From Bigelowiella natans CCMP2755 (taxonomy: Eukaryota > Protista > Cercozoa): DNA of 64,000 nt. Below, one piece after another: positions 35,571 to 49,522 of the stretch. The number at the start of each line of letters is the position of its first letter. The stretch's first letter is position 1. The notes under the pieces were generated by a model. It was given only the letters and a program-made list of their open reading frames with translations, was not told the origin of the DNA and searched no databases. The stretch lies in assembly GCA_000320545.1 (NCBI GenBank), contig ADNK01002519.1, positions 254,430-318,429 on the forward strand, written 5' to 3'. The translations under genes and the position numbers were made by a program.

Positions 35571-36102
35571 CTATATTGTGCAATATCGAAACACCGGCTG
35601 TGCATTACTTTGATGCGAGCAGGCATGATTAGTAGCATGGAATCGATGGTAAAGGATCTCAATAGCCAGCTTCAATTAAACCTTAAGGGGGTAAGCAGAA
35701 TGATAATACTCCAAAATGTATATTATTTATGTTTTATATCTGAGATTCTCAAAGAAGCACACCGACGATTATCGACCGATATCATCATATATCAACGTAA
35801 ACATTGGAATTGCAAGTATCGTCAAAGTCCTGTCTTAAGGCCGGATGGGCCTACCTCCATCATCTTTAAATCAGCGTCCTTCTGGCAACAAACAAACACT
35901 ATGAACTAAATCACAGATTTGGAAAGCTTACGTCGAGCTAGATCGGACTATATCGAAGAAGGGAAAGGAGGGCGGGGACGGACAGGAGCCAATAGTTGCA
36001 TCAGGGTTGTTGCTAATTACCACTTCCTCGCATGTTTTCGATCATCTGAGGCATAATAAAACATTGGCTATCTATGGCATCTACATATTCACGGGAGTGT
36101 GT

Positions 36103-36139
<37 letters not shown>

Positions 36140-36259
36140 GGGTTATTATTATTATCATTAGGGCGTTTCTGAGCCAGGACGCATGGCATTTGCTTTGCAC
36201 CGACAACCTGATTGTGGAGGTTTGCTCGCTTGACGCACACGAGGCTATGATTGTGGAGC

Positions 36260-36295
<36 letters not shown>

Positions 36296-37207
36296 CATGT
36301 TTCTTGTAAGGAGATGATGATATGATGACCTTCCTCAGGCTGTAGTTAACGCTGTCAAGCCGCTAGAGGTGCCCTCCTCCTCCTCCTCCTCCTCCTCCTC
36401 CTCCTCTGCATTTATATTCTTCGACTTTTGCCATAAATTACGACAGTGACCGTGCTTTTATCATCACCTCTATCAAATTTACTTTTCCATCCTTGCATCC
36501 CTTTCCCTCCATTAGATTGTCAACGATTCGAAAGAGCATCAAATGATCACTGCACAAATAAAGGTGTGATGATTATTGTTTGGGTATCTAAAACCAATGG
36601 CCCTATCCCCCCCCCCCCCACCACAACTTTGCATGTCTCCTTCAATATTCTTCTTCCCATCTCGGTTGGTGCCTTTACATGACGTGGTATCATATCATCA
36701 GCTTGCACGACAGAATATTTTGGACTCCAAAGATGACATCATTCGACAGGTGATTTCCCCAATATTATTATTGTTAAGTAGTGATTCATGCTATATTCAA
36801 TCACAAATGACTCAAAGACTCGAAGTAACTTTCTACATGTGTATGCTATGCTACGAAAAGCACAAGGAGGATATCGAATCGAAGCTTTTCGAAAAGAAGA
36901 AGTATCTTGCTGATTTACTGAGGTACATATTTATGGTAGTGAAGGTTGTGATGGTTAAAATGCTATTATGATATATGAGTCGTTTCATCATCGGGAAATT
37001 AAATGATTTATATTCCTCGTCATTGAGTATTTAAATATGTCTCTTCTTGGCAGGGATATGGGCGTGGCCGCTGGGAGAGCGGACTGTGCGAACTATGTAA
37101 GTGGGAAGACGTTTTTAGAGAAGTACATGGTCGCACGTGCAAGCATTCGAAACGAGGGAGAAAGATTAGAAGAGCGCAAGTACGAGGGCGAGGCAGCACG
37201 TAAATAG
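33659..37207 (+). CDS. Hypothetical protein, multi-exon
   Basis: Chain of GT-AG-bounded coding-like exons. The N-terminal motif GTVVEIVGLTKAVHYNGKIAVV...GRWAV..LKEENL resembles a small SH3-like module common in protist proteins. Last exon ends ...EGEAARK*. Confidence 0.6.
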
Positions 37208-37719
37208 AGCGCTAGCTTCTTATTACCCTAACTATAGTTTTTGTTACAACGAATCTCACATCGCACGGCAGATAAAAAAAATATAGTGTATAACACGCCT
37301 TAACCAAGTATATTCAAACATGCACCATTGGCATCATCATCATCCTGTTCATCGCATGCATTAATTATATATTATAAGTCGGCTGCAGATACCAGTGTTT
37401 ATTGCGCATGAATCGGCAAAATGTGCAGTAGTGGCTGACGCATGTGACCTAGGCATAGCGGGTACGTGCGCTAGTCAATCACGCTGGCGGCGGCATGTCA
37501 TCTAGATGCCCGCAGGTTGCTTGTATAAAGCTACTTGGTCGATGCGTCAATGGTGCTCTAACAACTTTAACGCGAACAGTCCACGTGTTCTAATGTTGAC
37601 TTTACGCGCTACACACACGAACAACGCAATAATATGCTCTTTTTACCGATTATGTACCCACGTGCACAAATACTAAGCGACTCTCGCGAAGCTGTGTATG
37701 TACGTATTATTTATTTTAT

Positions 37720-38542
37720 CTATTTCAGTCGATCCGTTAACCAAGCCATCCCGTCAATAATTCCCTCTCCTGTTAATGCATTTGTTGCCATTATTTGGTA
37801 CGGCCGTTCCTTCATTGTTTTGGCATCCAGCTTTAATAAAGATCTTAGCTCTGAGTTTTTCACACATAGATAGCAATTATCGGTATTCGTACTCCGCCTT
37901 ACATTGATAGAAATATGATTTCATACCAGAAGGCGTTCTGGCTTCCTTTACATCTTTCTTATTGGCGAGGAAAAGAATCGGGCAGTTATTTTTGCCTGAT
38001 GAATCATATTTTAAAAGGGTCTTGCAAATTACTGGTGGAAAATATTTTATTACCCATTTCTTCATGGCTCAGCATTTGCCTGATTTCCTCCTTTACAGAG
38101 GTTAAACGTTTTCTATCTCCACTATCAATGACAAACACAATTCCGTTGCATTCTTCGTAGTAGTGTTCCCACAGATTTCTGTAAGCTCCAGATCCCGACA
38201 TATCGAATATTTTGCACTGAGAAACAGCAGCAGTAACAGCAGTAGCAGCATCAATATATTTAGCCAATTCATCGCACAACATGATAATGGTCAACAAACC
38301 TTTACATTTTTGAGCGCTTCTAATCTAAATTTCTCGATTGAGAATCCAACCGTAGGCAGGACCTCTTCGACCTTGTTGGGCTGCGACAGACACGCGGAGG
38401 AGGACGACGTGTGTTAGAGCAATCCGGTACGAAAATCGATAGGAACATTACTGACCTTCAGAAAGTTTACGACGGTTGATTTGCCACTATTGTCTAGCCC
38501 AATAACCAAGCACTTGAGTTTTTTTGAGGAGCCTAAGCCCAT
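37720..38542 (-). CDS. ARL6: ARF-like small GTPase ARL6/BBS3; multi-exon
   Basis: GLDNSGKST, PTVGFSIEKF, FDMSGSGAYRNLWEHYY (DMSG is typical of ARL6), LFLANKKD, TNALTGEG..GMAWL. Confidence 0.88.
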
Positions 38543-40422
38543 TTTCTCGGCCGAGAGAAGGATTAACTGCTCAAGCCTCTCTTTTCTCCAATCCCAACTG
38601 CCAGGTTAAAAATATGACTCACAAAGCTGGGAGATGACAGTAAGAGACCGGCCACTGGTGCAGGCTATACGAGCACGAGACGCAAGAAACAGAAGGAGAG
38701 CTGTCTCTAAGGCGTATAAGAAGATCAGGCTGTTTTGGGGGGTGGAAGACAGTTTCTGAGTTGCCTCCCCATATTGAAAAACACACTGAATTTTATATTC
38801 TGCGACAACATCATCCAGTTGTATCCCCGGAAAAAAGCATGTTGTTTCGAGTTGTGTTGCCGGAACTCACAAAACGCCTACGTTGTCATCGAAGTTGGTA
38901 AACTTCCTGCGGAAAATTCTAAAAATGTCGGAAGCACATTCAGGCAACGCATGTACGAGATTGTAGTCGGAAAAGTGAACAAAGAGTCATATTTTTCACC
39001 GATGCGACAAGCGCAATTCTATGTCGCAGTATTTTTGTTGAAACTGTATCGAGTTTTTGCTGGAGCACTTGCGCACCCCTTCGAAAGGCGACGCTGTCCG
39101 AAAATACCATCTGGAGATTTTGCTTAAATTCTTATCGTTTACCAGTATTCCCAATTGTAAGGGTAAGCTAAAGAAAGCAAGAAAGGTTGAATGGAACGAG
39201 GGATTTGCTACTTACAAAAGAAATATATTTTAGTCTCGTACATGAAGGCAGCTGCAAGGTTCTAACTCCCGAAAATCACTGAATGACTTAGATCGCATGC
39301 ACCTAAGGATATAAGAATTGCCCCAAGAGTCATTCCATCCTCTACATGGAGTACAGATATGAGGTAGAAATTCAAAACCATCCGAAGACCATGTCAACGC
39401 CAAACACAGTAAATGAACTACCATGATTTTTGCCAAATCTCCTTCTCTACTTGCAAGTAAAGCAAACTTTTATTTGACATGTGAAAGCAGAAATTTTCAA
39501 TTACAATCTAAATTGTTGTATTTAATTTGTGAAAGGCGATCGTTTGCAAATTTGTTGATTTGTTACTGATAAAAAATGGCATTGAAACAGCATTCTAGCA
39601 TTGTGTCATGTACTTTTTATTTCTCAAGCAGGTAATTCATGTTGTTCGTGTCAAGAATGCATGCCAAAATGTCAGTGTGTGATGCACAAATGGTGTGTGC
39701 GTCGCACCGTAGCACCTAGATCATCTAGACTCGTCTAAATGTGAAGGTGCGCAAATCTAGCTAGCTAGGCACGTGATTGCATGCTAGCATGTTTGATCGT
39801 TTAGGTTCTTAACACGTGCACATGTGTGAATGTTTCTCCGTGCAAAGGACACAGCTTGCATCATGAAAGGTCTGCGCGACCTACTCTGGTACTAGTTGTC
39901 ATGTGTATCTAGATGCATCACATCACGTGCCAATATCGCTACTCGGCTTAGTCGAGTAATCATATATTTAGTCATGCAGACAAACGCCACAGGCCAAGTT
40001 GGATGCGTGAAGCTAGAAAGATCTAGAGATGAGCGCACATGAAGCGGGGCTCTGGAGAGAGATGTGGGCAAGAAATGTTTGCAAGCAATTGTGGCCATCG
40101 CTGCTGAACGGTGTCGCATGTCTTTTGCAAGCCGCATTATCATCAGATTTGGTCTCATCAATGGCATGTAATTTTTGCCGTACCCGTTTGCATGGCCCAC
40201 ACAGCAAAGATGCACAGCACTGGAATGATGTTCAATGCAATGGTCCTGTAGGTTTTACATTTTCAAGTGCATGATTTCAACATGCGTAAGAGGAGCGTTA
40301 TTCGTCTCTCATAGTAAGAAATGGTTCGTTCAGTCTAGCGAAATTTGTTTAAAATGGATCTTTCAACTAAAAGTCTTTTGAAATATCCGTTGTCACATCT
40401 AATGGAGAATGCGCATGAAATA

Positions 40423-41637
40423 TCACTTAGAATGTTGGCGATTATCAGCAATCAGAATTGAGCCTGAGGACCACTCTTTTGGATGTTTGTTCTTAAAATG
40501 ACGTAGAAGTCTATCTTTCCGAGGATATCCCTTCTCACAGAGGGTGCATTTGAATCTCCAATTACCAGTATGTCTCTGCGTGTGCGTGTTAAGATTAGAC
40601 TGATGATTAAAAAGCTTCCCACAATATCCGCACTCGAAACGCTTGCTTCTCTTCAAACTGATATCCTTAGTTGCATGCGGATCTAAATGCCTTCGCCAAG
40701 AGGATTTGTCAGTATCAGTATGTTTAATATTGTTGGGAGGAACCAAAAAGCCATCTTCATCAGAAAAATTGATCTTTCTTTTCCGCGATCTGGCGGAAAA
40801 TCTCGTTGGGATTTCACGACCGAAGTCGTAACTGCGTGATTTTGTCTCCTGGATTGAAGATGATCGGAATAAGTTATCCGGGCATCGATTCACTAGCAGT
40901 GCTTCTGCACCGCATAGTTTATCTTCAAATATAATTTCTTCCCGAAGAGAATTATCAACTCGCCAGCGAGAGGATGCAGCTCTTGAATATTTGTACATAG
41001 GTGGCGGGGAATAGTCGTAAGATGCTGCTCCTCCTCCTCCTCCTTCCCTGCCATCATAGTACAAAGGCATAAATTTCTTGCTAGGATGAAGCAGGTGAAG
41101 TTTATCTTCCTCTGGTTCACGGGTACCTATGTTTCCATGGTCGATTTGGGGAGGAAAGAAATCAGAAGGAGGTTTAGACGGAAAGCTTTTGGGTGTCTTC
41201 ATCTCAGACTTGGAAGGCAGTTGTCCGTATTGTTTCCGTTGACGGAATTTACTGTAGAAGGAAGGCGAATTCGATTTCTGGTGTGGATCCAGGAGCGGAT
41301 AGTATGAAATATGCTGGAACGGCGAACATAGATTCTGAACGAGGATTTCCTCTTTCGTAAGGCTCAGCGGGCTTGATGATGGTATTGAGTGCTGATCAGT
41401 GTTGCACATTGCCTGGCTTCTTAACGCATTGACATGATTTTCTTTGGCTAAATTTAACATCGAATAATGTACGCTTCTCTCTTGATCGTAGGAATATTGA
41501 TGTGTGGACTGGTTTTCCTCGTAACCACGCCCCCGCTGGTGCATAGGAAGTGGACGTAAATGTTCAGACAGCATTTCGAACATGGTAGGGTCCAGAATCT
41601 GTTTGAGTTTTCCAGTTGGGAATGTAACGACCTCCAT
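40423..41637 (-). CDS. C2H2 zinc-finger protein (two C-terminal fingers), probable transcription factor; may extend upstream to 41976
   Basis: FECGYCGKLFNHQSNLNTHTQRHTGNWRFKCTLCEKGYPRKDRLLRHFKNKH after a long low-complexity region. Confidence 0.85.
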   Translation of the reverse strand: MEVVTFPTGKLKQILDPTMFEMLSEHLRPLPMHQRGRGYEENQSTHQYSYDQERSVHYSMLNLAKENHVNALRSQAMCNTDQHSIPSSSPLSLTKEEILVQNLCSPFQHISYYPLLDPHQKSNSPSFYSKFRQRKQYGQLPSKSEMKTPKSFPSKPPSDFFPPQIDHGNIGTREPEEDKLHLLHPSKKFMPLYYDGREGGGGGAASYDYSPPPMYKYSRAASSRWRVDNSLREEIIFEDKLCGAEALLVNRCPDNLFRSSSIQETKSRSYDFGREIPTRFSARSRKRKINFSDEDGFLVPPNNIKHTDTDKSSWRRHLDPHATKDISLKRSKRFECGYCGKLFNHQSNLNTHTQRHTGNWRFKCTLCEKGYPRKDRLLRHFKNKHPKEWSSGSILIADNRQHSK

Positions 41638-42282
41638 TTTGTCATGCTATCAAACTACGGTATAAGTCGTCTCTTTTAAATGCTCTACATGCCCAGCGGA
41701 TGCAAGCAGGAGCTCGGGTGTTGGTGCGTCCTGTGCGTTGGTAACATGCGCGCGTGATTGGTACTTTGCCGCTTTATTATGTAAAGGAATATATTGTTCT
41801 ACGCAGTGAGGTTGCTCAACGTATTGCGCAGAATTGCACCCTACAGTCATGCAAACCCTTCCTTTCAGAGAACACTGCATTGCTGCCAAGCCATCGAGCA
41901 AGCTCGGGATACGCACTCGTTCTGTGAGGATGTGGGTTATGAGGCATCTTCGGTCTGTGTTTCGACCCTGCGACATGAAAATTGGGTAGTTTTAAATGGC
42001 GTTTGGCCATAAATCTGCTGCTACGAGTGCTGCTTCCTCTCCTACGCAACTCGTTGTTCGTATACAGACATCTGCTGTCCAACATTCGACAAATATTTTA
42101 TTTTTTCACCGCATGTCCAAACGACAGTATATAGAGGAAATGGCCTTCTTTTATACCAACGCGACATAAGCGATATTTTGCATGTTGTCGCAATGAGAAA
42201 AGCTCCTCCTTTACCACTGCGAAAGGTGCTTCAAACGACAGCCGACAGACGACAGACGGCAGATACCGGAACCAGAACGACG

Positions 42283-43672
42283 ATGCCCGAAGACGAGAAG
42301 ACGCCTCTAGCGAATGCCAACAAGGAGAAGGAGGATCTGAAGGAACCGCTTCCCGCTGATTGGAAGAAGGAGAATCTCAATGTTGTTGTTGTCCATTCAA
42401 GACGCAGAATTTCAAAGAAAAGGAGGCTAGATTGACGAATTTATATGTTTCAGGACGCTGTGGTTTACAACATGAAAGTCTCGCCTCCATGCTGCAAAAT
42501 TCGCGCCATTTTTCACCACTACGGGGTAGTCTATTGTTAAATTCATAACCCTACCCTGTGGTCACTACTCATACTCCTCCTTCCCACCCAGATTAAGTTT
42601 ACGGTTGTCGAGGGGGCAAAGAAGGACTCTGAATACAAAAAGGTCAAAATAGGTGTGAAGTAGTATCAAGATGTGGGGAATGATTCTGGACATTTGACGA
42701 TTCGAAAAGGTTCCTGTAGTGGTGATCAATGGTCGCCAAATCAACGACTCGCACATCATTGTCAAGGTAATATTATCCATAAAGGGGAGTCCAATCAAGA
42801 CAGGATTACTTTCACTCTTCAATATCGTTTTGTTATCATCTAGAACCTCGCTTCCATCTTAGACGGGAAACCTCTCAGTCAAGAAGAGCTGAAAGTTGAA
42901 GAGACCTTCACATTCGGTGCTATGATCGCATTGGAGGCAGAGGTCAGTTTGAGAAGCAGCCAATCGTCACACGTCTTCAAATCCCCAATCTCAGTTAACG
43001 CACTACTCTCACATTCACGCTCTCCTTGCTTTAGACTGCAGCAAATTGCGGTGATCTATGCTCCTGCGCAAAGCTTATTGGAGGGTATGTGTCTACAGTT
43101 GCTTAAAGATAGTGATTCTTCGTCCTTACTCCAGCCTTGATCTTCAGTGTGAATTGCTGCCTGCTATCCTTCTTCTCATGCTGCATCTGCTGCTGCATCC
43201 CACAAGGCTTTTACAAGAGAAATCCAGGCTTGAAGGTGCGATCATCTTGGAAATTCAAAAATGATGGGCTTGGAGTGACTTTCTATTGTTTTTAATGCTC
43301 AGAGCGTTGCAGAGTATAGAGAAGAATTTGCCACGATGCTTGGTGATAAGCCATTCTTTCATGGGTCTAAGGTAGTAGTGTAGTAATAAGAATGGCAGCG
43401 AGATAAATTGTTAGCTTCCCAGAAATACCATCTGAAATGCGTGTCCCACTAGACGAGATATTACGAGTTATTAGCGCCATAATTACTTCAATTTTAGATT
43501 ATATAATGCTGTGTAGGCCGGGATCGTTGATGTGGGGCTATACGGAGGAATGCTACCTTTCCACGTAACGGATACAAATGCAATGGCGGTTATGCTCAGC
43601 AATGACAAAATTTCAGCTTGGTGGAAGAGAATGGACGAAAGCAGCCCAGCGAAGAATAAGCTATTTTCATAA
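42283..43672 (+). CDS. Prostaglandin E synthase 2-like / glutaredoxin-GST fold protein; about 8 exons
   Basis: Exons give VYNMKVSPPCCKIRAIFHHYG, SEYKK|VPVVVINGRQINDSHII, GDKPFFHGSK|AGIVDVGLYG and AWWKRM, matching the mPGES-2 layout. Confidence 0.78.
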
Positions 43673-44950
43673 TAACACTAGGACAGAATTGGACATCACG
43701 CACAAACTCGATTTTGTTCATTCGAGACTCTATGCGATAATAAACATGGAGAAATACGGTGCTGAGATGCATATTTCTAGATTGATATGCAGTGCAATGT
43801 AGAAGCAAACTTTTCGTTGATGCTACATGTCATAGCGGCTATCTAGCTATGTTCCCATAAATATAAGCATGCTAGCATGCATGCTCCAATCATAAATCCA
43901 TAAATATGAGCATAGACTGGCGTTTGTAGAATAACTACTTTTATACTTTGTCCTACTAGCATAGCAAGACCACATGTCTGCAGCCATGCGTCAGCATATA
44001 GGACAACGGACAAATGGTCATTAATTTTCCTATATTCCCATACGTAAAAATGTGCTGTACTCGGCGCTACTAACGGCGTACGTGCGGCAAATGACATAAT
44101 CTAGTAGTGGTGCGTTCGAGACTGACGTTCCGAGCAATTGAGCAAATATCCGCCATCCGCCACATGGCTTCTTACTGGTATCTCTTTGGCTATTCTCTGG
44201 TACACAATCGGGGCAAGCTAGGGTGTTCTCTTTGACTTCATACAGGCTATAGCTGTTGCTCTAGTGCTCCCTACTACCTTCGTATGTAGCGACATAGTAG
44301 TGTGTACGCCTCGTTGCCTCTTCGCAGCAGGCGTATTATTTGCATATCATATTTTCGCTACTACCAAATTGAATAGTTTCAAATCTTATTAAGCTCTATT
44401 TCAGATCAAAATTTGGGTTGTACATTTGTGCTAATTAGATATAACAATGCTACATTATAGGCAGGTGAATTCCAAGTGGTAGAATACACAAGTCTCGCGA
44501 ATGAGACCTGTGCTGCTGCTGCTACTGCTGCTGCTGCTGCCGCTGTTGGTGGAAGTGATACGACGAAGATGCAATTCTCTATTATTCTTCTGAATTCACA
44601 AGGCTACCTAATGAAGACGATTTTCTCTGGTTGTCGATGTGGTAAGGATACTTCTCTGGCTCTAAGTACCACGGTGCAACACTCATGTTGATTCCGTACT
44701 GGGCCTGATGTTATTCCAATGTTCATTTATACAAGTGCTGCAGATTGAGGATGATGGTGGTGATGATGACGACAAGATGATGATGACGACAAGATGATGA
44801 TGATCATGATGATGAAATTGAGGAGGATGGCAACTACAACGACGATGGGAAATGATAATTATTCCTCCCTACTAAGAAAGAACAACCATTTTGGCCACGG
44901 TGTAGTAATGTTTTTCTACTAGACGTTCTCTGCTTTCTTCGATCTCCTTT

Positions 44951-46649
44951 TTAGTAAATCTTGGTACCAAAACCTTTTGTATTTAACGTAATCTTTAGTG
45001 CACTTAATTTCCATCATGTGGTAACGAATTCATATGGCTTTTTGCCCTCAAGAAGGCGTTGTTGCAGGACAAAAATCATCAGTATATCTTCCAAATGCAC
45101 ACATACCGCATTCTTTGGGATGACGAATTTCGGAGGCTGCGGTCTCACACCGAACATAGCGCCCATTTGGTTCCGCATGCCTTTGAGGGCTTGCAGCAGT
45201 TCATCAAGGTCGTCTAAGCTTCTTCCAGATCCTGTGAGGGAGGAGTGAGAGGGGAGAGGGGAGAGGGGCAGCATAATTGCATGAATTTGCATGTTACTAA
45301 CTAGAAACATGGTGTGAGCCATCATAAGTCATCAATCCTTCTTCAAGAAAATGGAAAATAGGTATCATCATCATCATCAACAACAACAACAACATGCTTC
45401 TACGTGCATGCCCCGTATGTACCCTTTGCAACACGTAATCTTCGTCGATACGAGCCTTCGCGGTTTCCTGCATGTTGATGATATTGTCAATCATGATGAT
45501 CTTTCTCGACAATGTAATCATCATCACAGAAAAAATAGATGGCAAAACGTGCAGTTTCCTTATTCTGCCTCGCTTATCAACGGCATGACTATAGGCTTGC
45601 AGAATAATATAAGTATATATATATATATATATATATATATTACGATCGAAGAGCTTGGGGTTTTTGCGCTCTCTCTTGGTCATTGAATCAATCATCGAGG
45701 TGAACCTTATTATACACAAATACATCAACTCAATAGGAGTGTTATCAACAAACATTCTTCGGATGTCTTCGCTTTCTGCTTCAAGCTTCTACACATGCAG
45801 GCACACACTGCAGATAATAATAATAACAACAATAATAATAATTATGATAATATATGCTGTCATGTTGTATAACGATTCCCTCCACATACTTCTTTATCCT
45901 TTTCTCGCCCTCGGAGAGCTCTTTCTCTTGGATCTTCATTCCAGGGATCATACGAGTGATTTGACTCAAAGGACCCATCTTCTGGATGACCCCAAACTGC
46001 TGCTTAAAGTCCTGGACAACGACGACGAGAATTCATGCATCATAAGAGATGTGGACACGACGAAACAGAAAGTACGTTTCACATCATCATCATCATCATC
46101 AGCATCATCATCATCATCATCGTTGTCGTACTACTTACGTCAAAGTCAAAAGTGCCCTCCTTCATTTTCTCCTCAAATGTCTTTGCTTCTTTCTCGCTGG
46201 TAGATATAAGCCTCGTCAGTTACAGCGTTCGATTTAAACAAGAAAACACAGCTAACAATGGGTAACGTCCTTTACTACATACTGTATCATCATCATCATC
46301 ATCAACAACAACAACAACAACGACAACAACAGCAACAGCACATTGTTTTCAGCATTATCATCATCATCGCTTTCATCATCATTATGTTCTTTTTCGCCGA
46401 AAGGAGAGAGATATTACTCAATCGCCTCCTCAGCTTTCTCGATGAGCGACAGCATGTCTCCCATTCCTAATATCCTGTTAGAAGAAGGAAGAACAACACA
46501 TCATCATTAATCAGAGGGAGACCACAGTGATAACACTGCTGTTGGTGATACGGTTGCAGCGTATTCTAAACAGGTGCTCCCACCTTTGCGCCATTCTGTC
46601 CGGATAGAAAGGGTCCAAATCGCCCATCTTTTCGCCGACGCCTATGATT

Positions 46650-46693
<44 letters not shown>

Positions 46694-47131
46694 CCATTCT
46701 CTCTGCAAGTGTCATGCCCTCAGTTATTTTGTTGTTATTCCAGCTCTCTTTCTCCTGTGTCTTCTTCTCTTTATCTCCTCATTCTTCGCTCTCTTCCTCT
46801 GTCGATGATGTCATGAACGTACCGACAAATTTAATGGGTTTGCCTGCAACCTCGTTGATGCTCAGAGCAGCGCCTCCCCGTGAGTCGCCATCCATCTATA
46901 TTGTGAAATTAAGAATTCATCATATGTGTGTGTGTGTTTTTGTGTGCTATGTCTAAAAACTGGGCGGGAGAAGAGAAATGACCTTTGTTAGGATAGCACC
47001 CGTGAGGTCTACAGCCTCCGAAAAGGCCTTCACTACTTTGGCAGCTTCTTGCCCTATTGCGTATACACACAAGGCACTTATCAGCATACAAAGGTGACGG
47101 TGTTTATGCATGTGTACGCGTGTGTGGCACT

Positions 47132-47169
<38 letters not shown>

Positions 47170-47234
47170 ATTAATAGAACCTGTCATTGAGTCGACTACA
47201 AGCAATGTGTCTGTTGGCTCTACGGTCTGCAGTA

Positions 47235-47265
<31 letters not shown>

Positions 47266-49038
47266 TGATGACGATGATAGTTAATGATGGATATCAGCAA
47301 CACCTAGATGATGATCTATATCACTATAACTGCTGCTACTACTCACATCCTTGACTTCCTTGAGCTCTCCTATCATCTCGTCATCAATCTGCAGCCGCCC
47401 TGCAGTATCCAAGATAACCACATCGTAGCTGTGGTAGGAAATTGAGCAACGCAACAACAGAATTCATTTAAGATAAACATACAGCCATCATCCTAGATGT
47501 GGAAGAGAAGAGATCGCGAAAACAACGATGATCTTTGCTAGTTGCAGGACAGTAATCATAGTCATTCGCTATCATTTTGTTTCTTAAAACCACATGGGTA
47601 GTTTAAAATACAAAGCAGACGTTGTTCGATGTAATACCCATCTGTGCTAGCCTTCTCCACAGCCTGCAAGAAGCAATTCCAACATCCCAATTAAAAATAT
47701 ATAATAAAAGGAAAATGTGTTCATGGAGCGGCTGCATCTATCTCCCCCTTTCTACTTTCTGCAAAGAAGAGGGAGAAAACGAAAGAAACATATAGAATAC
47801 TACACAGGAGAGGACAGAAGAATAACAACAAACATCCAACGCTCACATGCAGATAGGCAAAACAGATAGTTGTGGTCAGCAGCAATCATACGACAACAGC
47901 AATGTAGCAGCAACAATCACCACAACAATAATAGTAAGATCTCATAGTAGCACCTCCTGAGCAAGCTTCACAGGGTTCCCATCGGGATTCTAATGTGGAA
48001 GGAAAGCAAAGGAAAAAACAAGAAGAAGCGAGAGAATAAGGAGGAGGAAATCCAATCAGCAGCAGCAGCGGCAGCAGCGTCACACCAACACGCATCGTAA
48101 GAGGGGCGAATGTAGTAGTAGTAGTAGTAGTAGTAGCAGCAGCAGTTGTATGCAGTCTCTTAATATGTTTGGACACGACAGTCATCTGCTGCTCGATATG
48201 CTGTGCGAAGAAGGCATCACCGTAGAACAATAAACAAACATAATGATAATAATAGTACTATAATAATTATTATTATCATAAATTTAAGATGTGGAAATTA
48301 TACCGGCGTAATGACATCGACGTCAACTCGCTTTGCCAGCGTCTGCAACTGCGCCATTGCAGCTGGCCGGTATACGTCAAGAGAGGCAAGAAGCACCCTC
48401 TGATCTTGCTTCTTAAGTAATTGCGCCAACTTACCTGGTAAAGGATAATGATGACGACGATTGTGATGATGAGGAGGAGGGAGAGGAGGGAAGATGAGAA
48501 GATGGACGAGAATGGCATTAAGGGGGGGTGATAATATTACCAGTTTGAGTGGTCTTTCCGACACCTTGCAAGCCTGATTTTGTCAGTTGTTGTCAAGGAG
48601 AAGGAGTAAGAGGAGGAGGAGGAGGAGGAGTAGGAAGAAGAAGACATAAATCCATTACAAAATGATAATTACGATGCACGAATGTACGGAGCGTAGCATC
48701 TATCCGGTGAGCAAGGGGCATCATAGAAGTAAAATAACGAAGATTATGTGTTACAATAGAGAATCTGATAATTGACCTCCATCTTATCTACCCTCCCCCT
48801 CCCTTCCTCTCCTCCATGTAGCTGTCACTGTCGGCGGCGCGTTCAAGAATATTTACATATTCTAAGATACATATCGATTATTGCTTCGATGGCGTCTCGC
48901 AGCATAAAACATGCTGCCAGTAATCCCGCTTGAAACCTCGTAGTCGAGATAGGTATATCTTATTCTTTTATTACATGTTTTCTACCTGCCATCAGCACTA
49001 TTCGAGGCCCAGATGTCGCTGTCGCCAATTCTGATGAG

Positions 49039-49074
<36 letters not shown>

Positions 49075-49136
49075 GATTCGATAGATACAGTCTCTTATCA
49101 TCGGAATTGCTAAGAAATAGTCTTCTCTCTCTCTCC

Positions 49137-49179
<43 letters not shown>

Positions 49180-49382
49180 TTTCACGACGAACAAAGAGGA
49201 AGAGAGACAAAGAGAGGCAACATAGTACTACTACTACTACTACTACTACTACTACCTTGGCGAGTGCTTCCCATGAGATCTGTCAGCTCCTCGTACACAA
49301 CCTATGATAGATTGTTGAAGAAGAAGAAAAAGAAGAAGAAGAAGAAGTAGTATTAATTGTGGGGGTTCATTCAGTTTGCGTT

Positions 49383-49416
<34 letters not shown>

Positions 49417-49480
49417 ATGGAATGAACAGCACACTTACCTCCTACGATACCCAAAAACAACATAAAATCCCTTTTGTTAT

Positions 49481-49522
<42 letters not shown>

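Noticed and set aside
38600-39590. ORFs 38735-39127 and 39230-39436 upstream of ARL6
   Set aside because: Non-ATG or short, with no motifs or exon chain; treated as intergenic.
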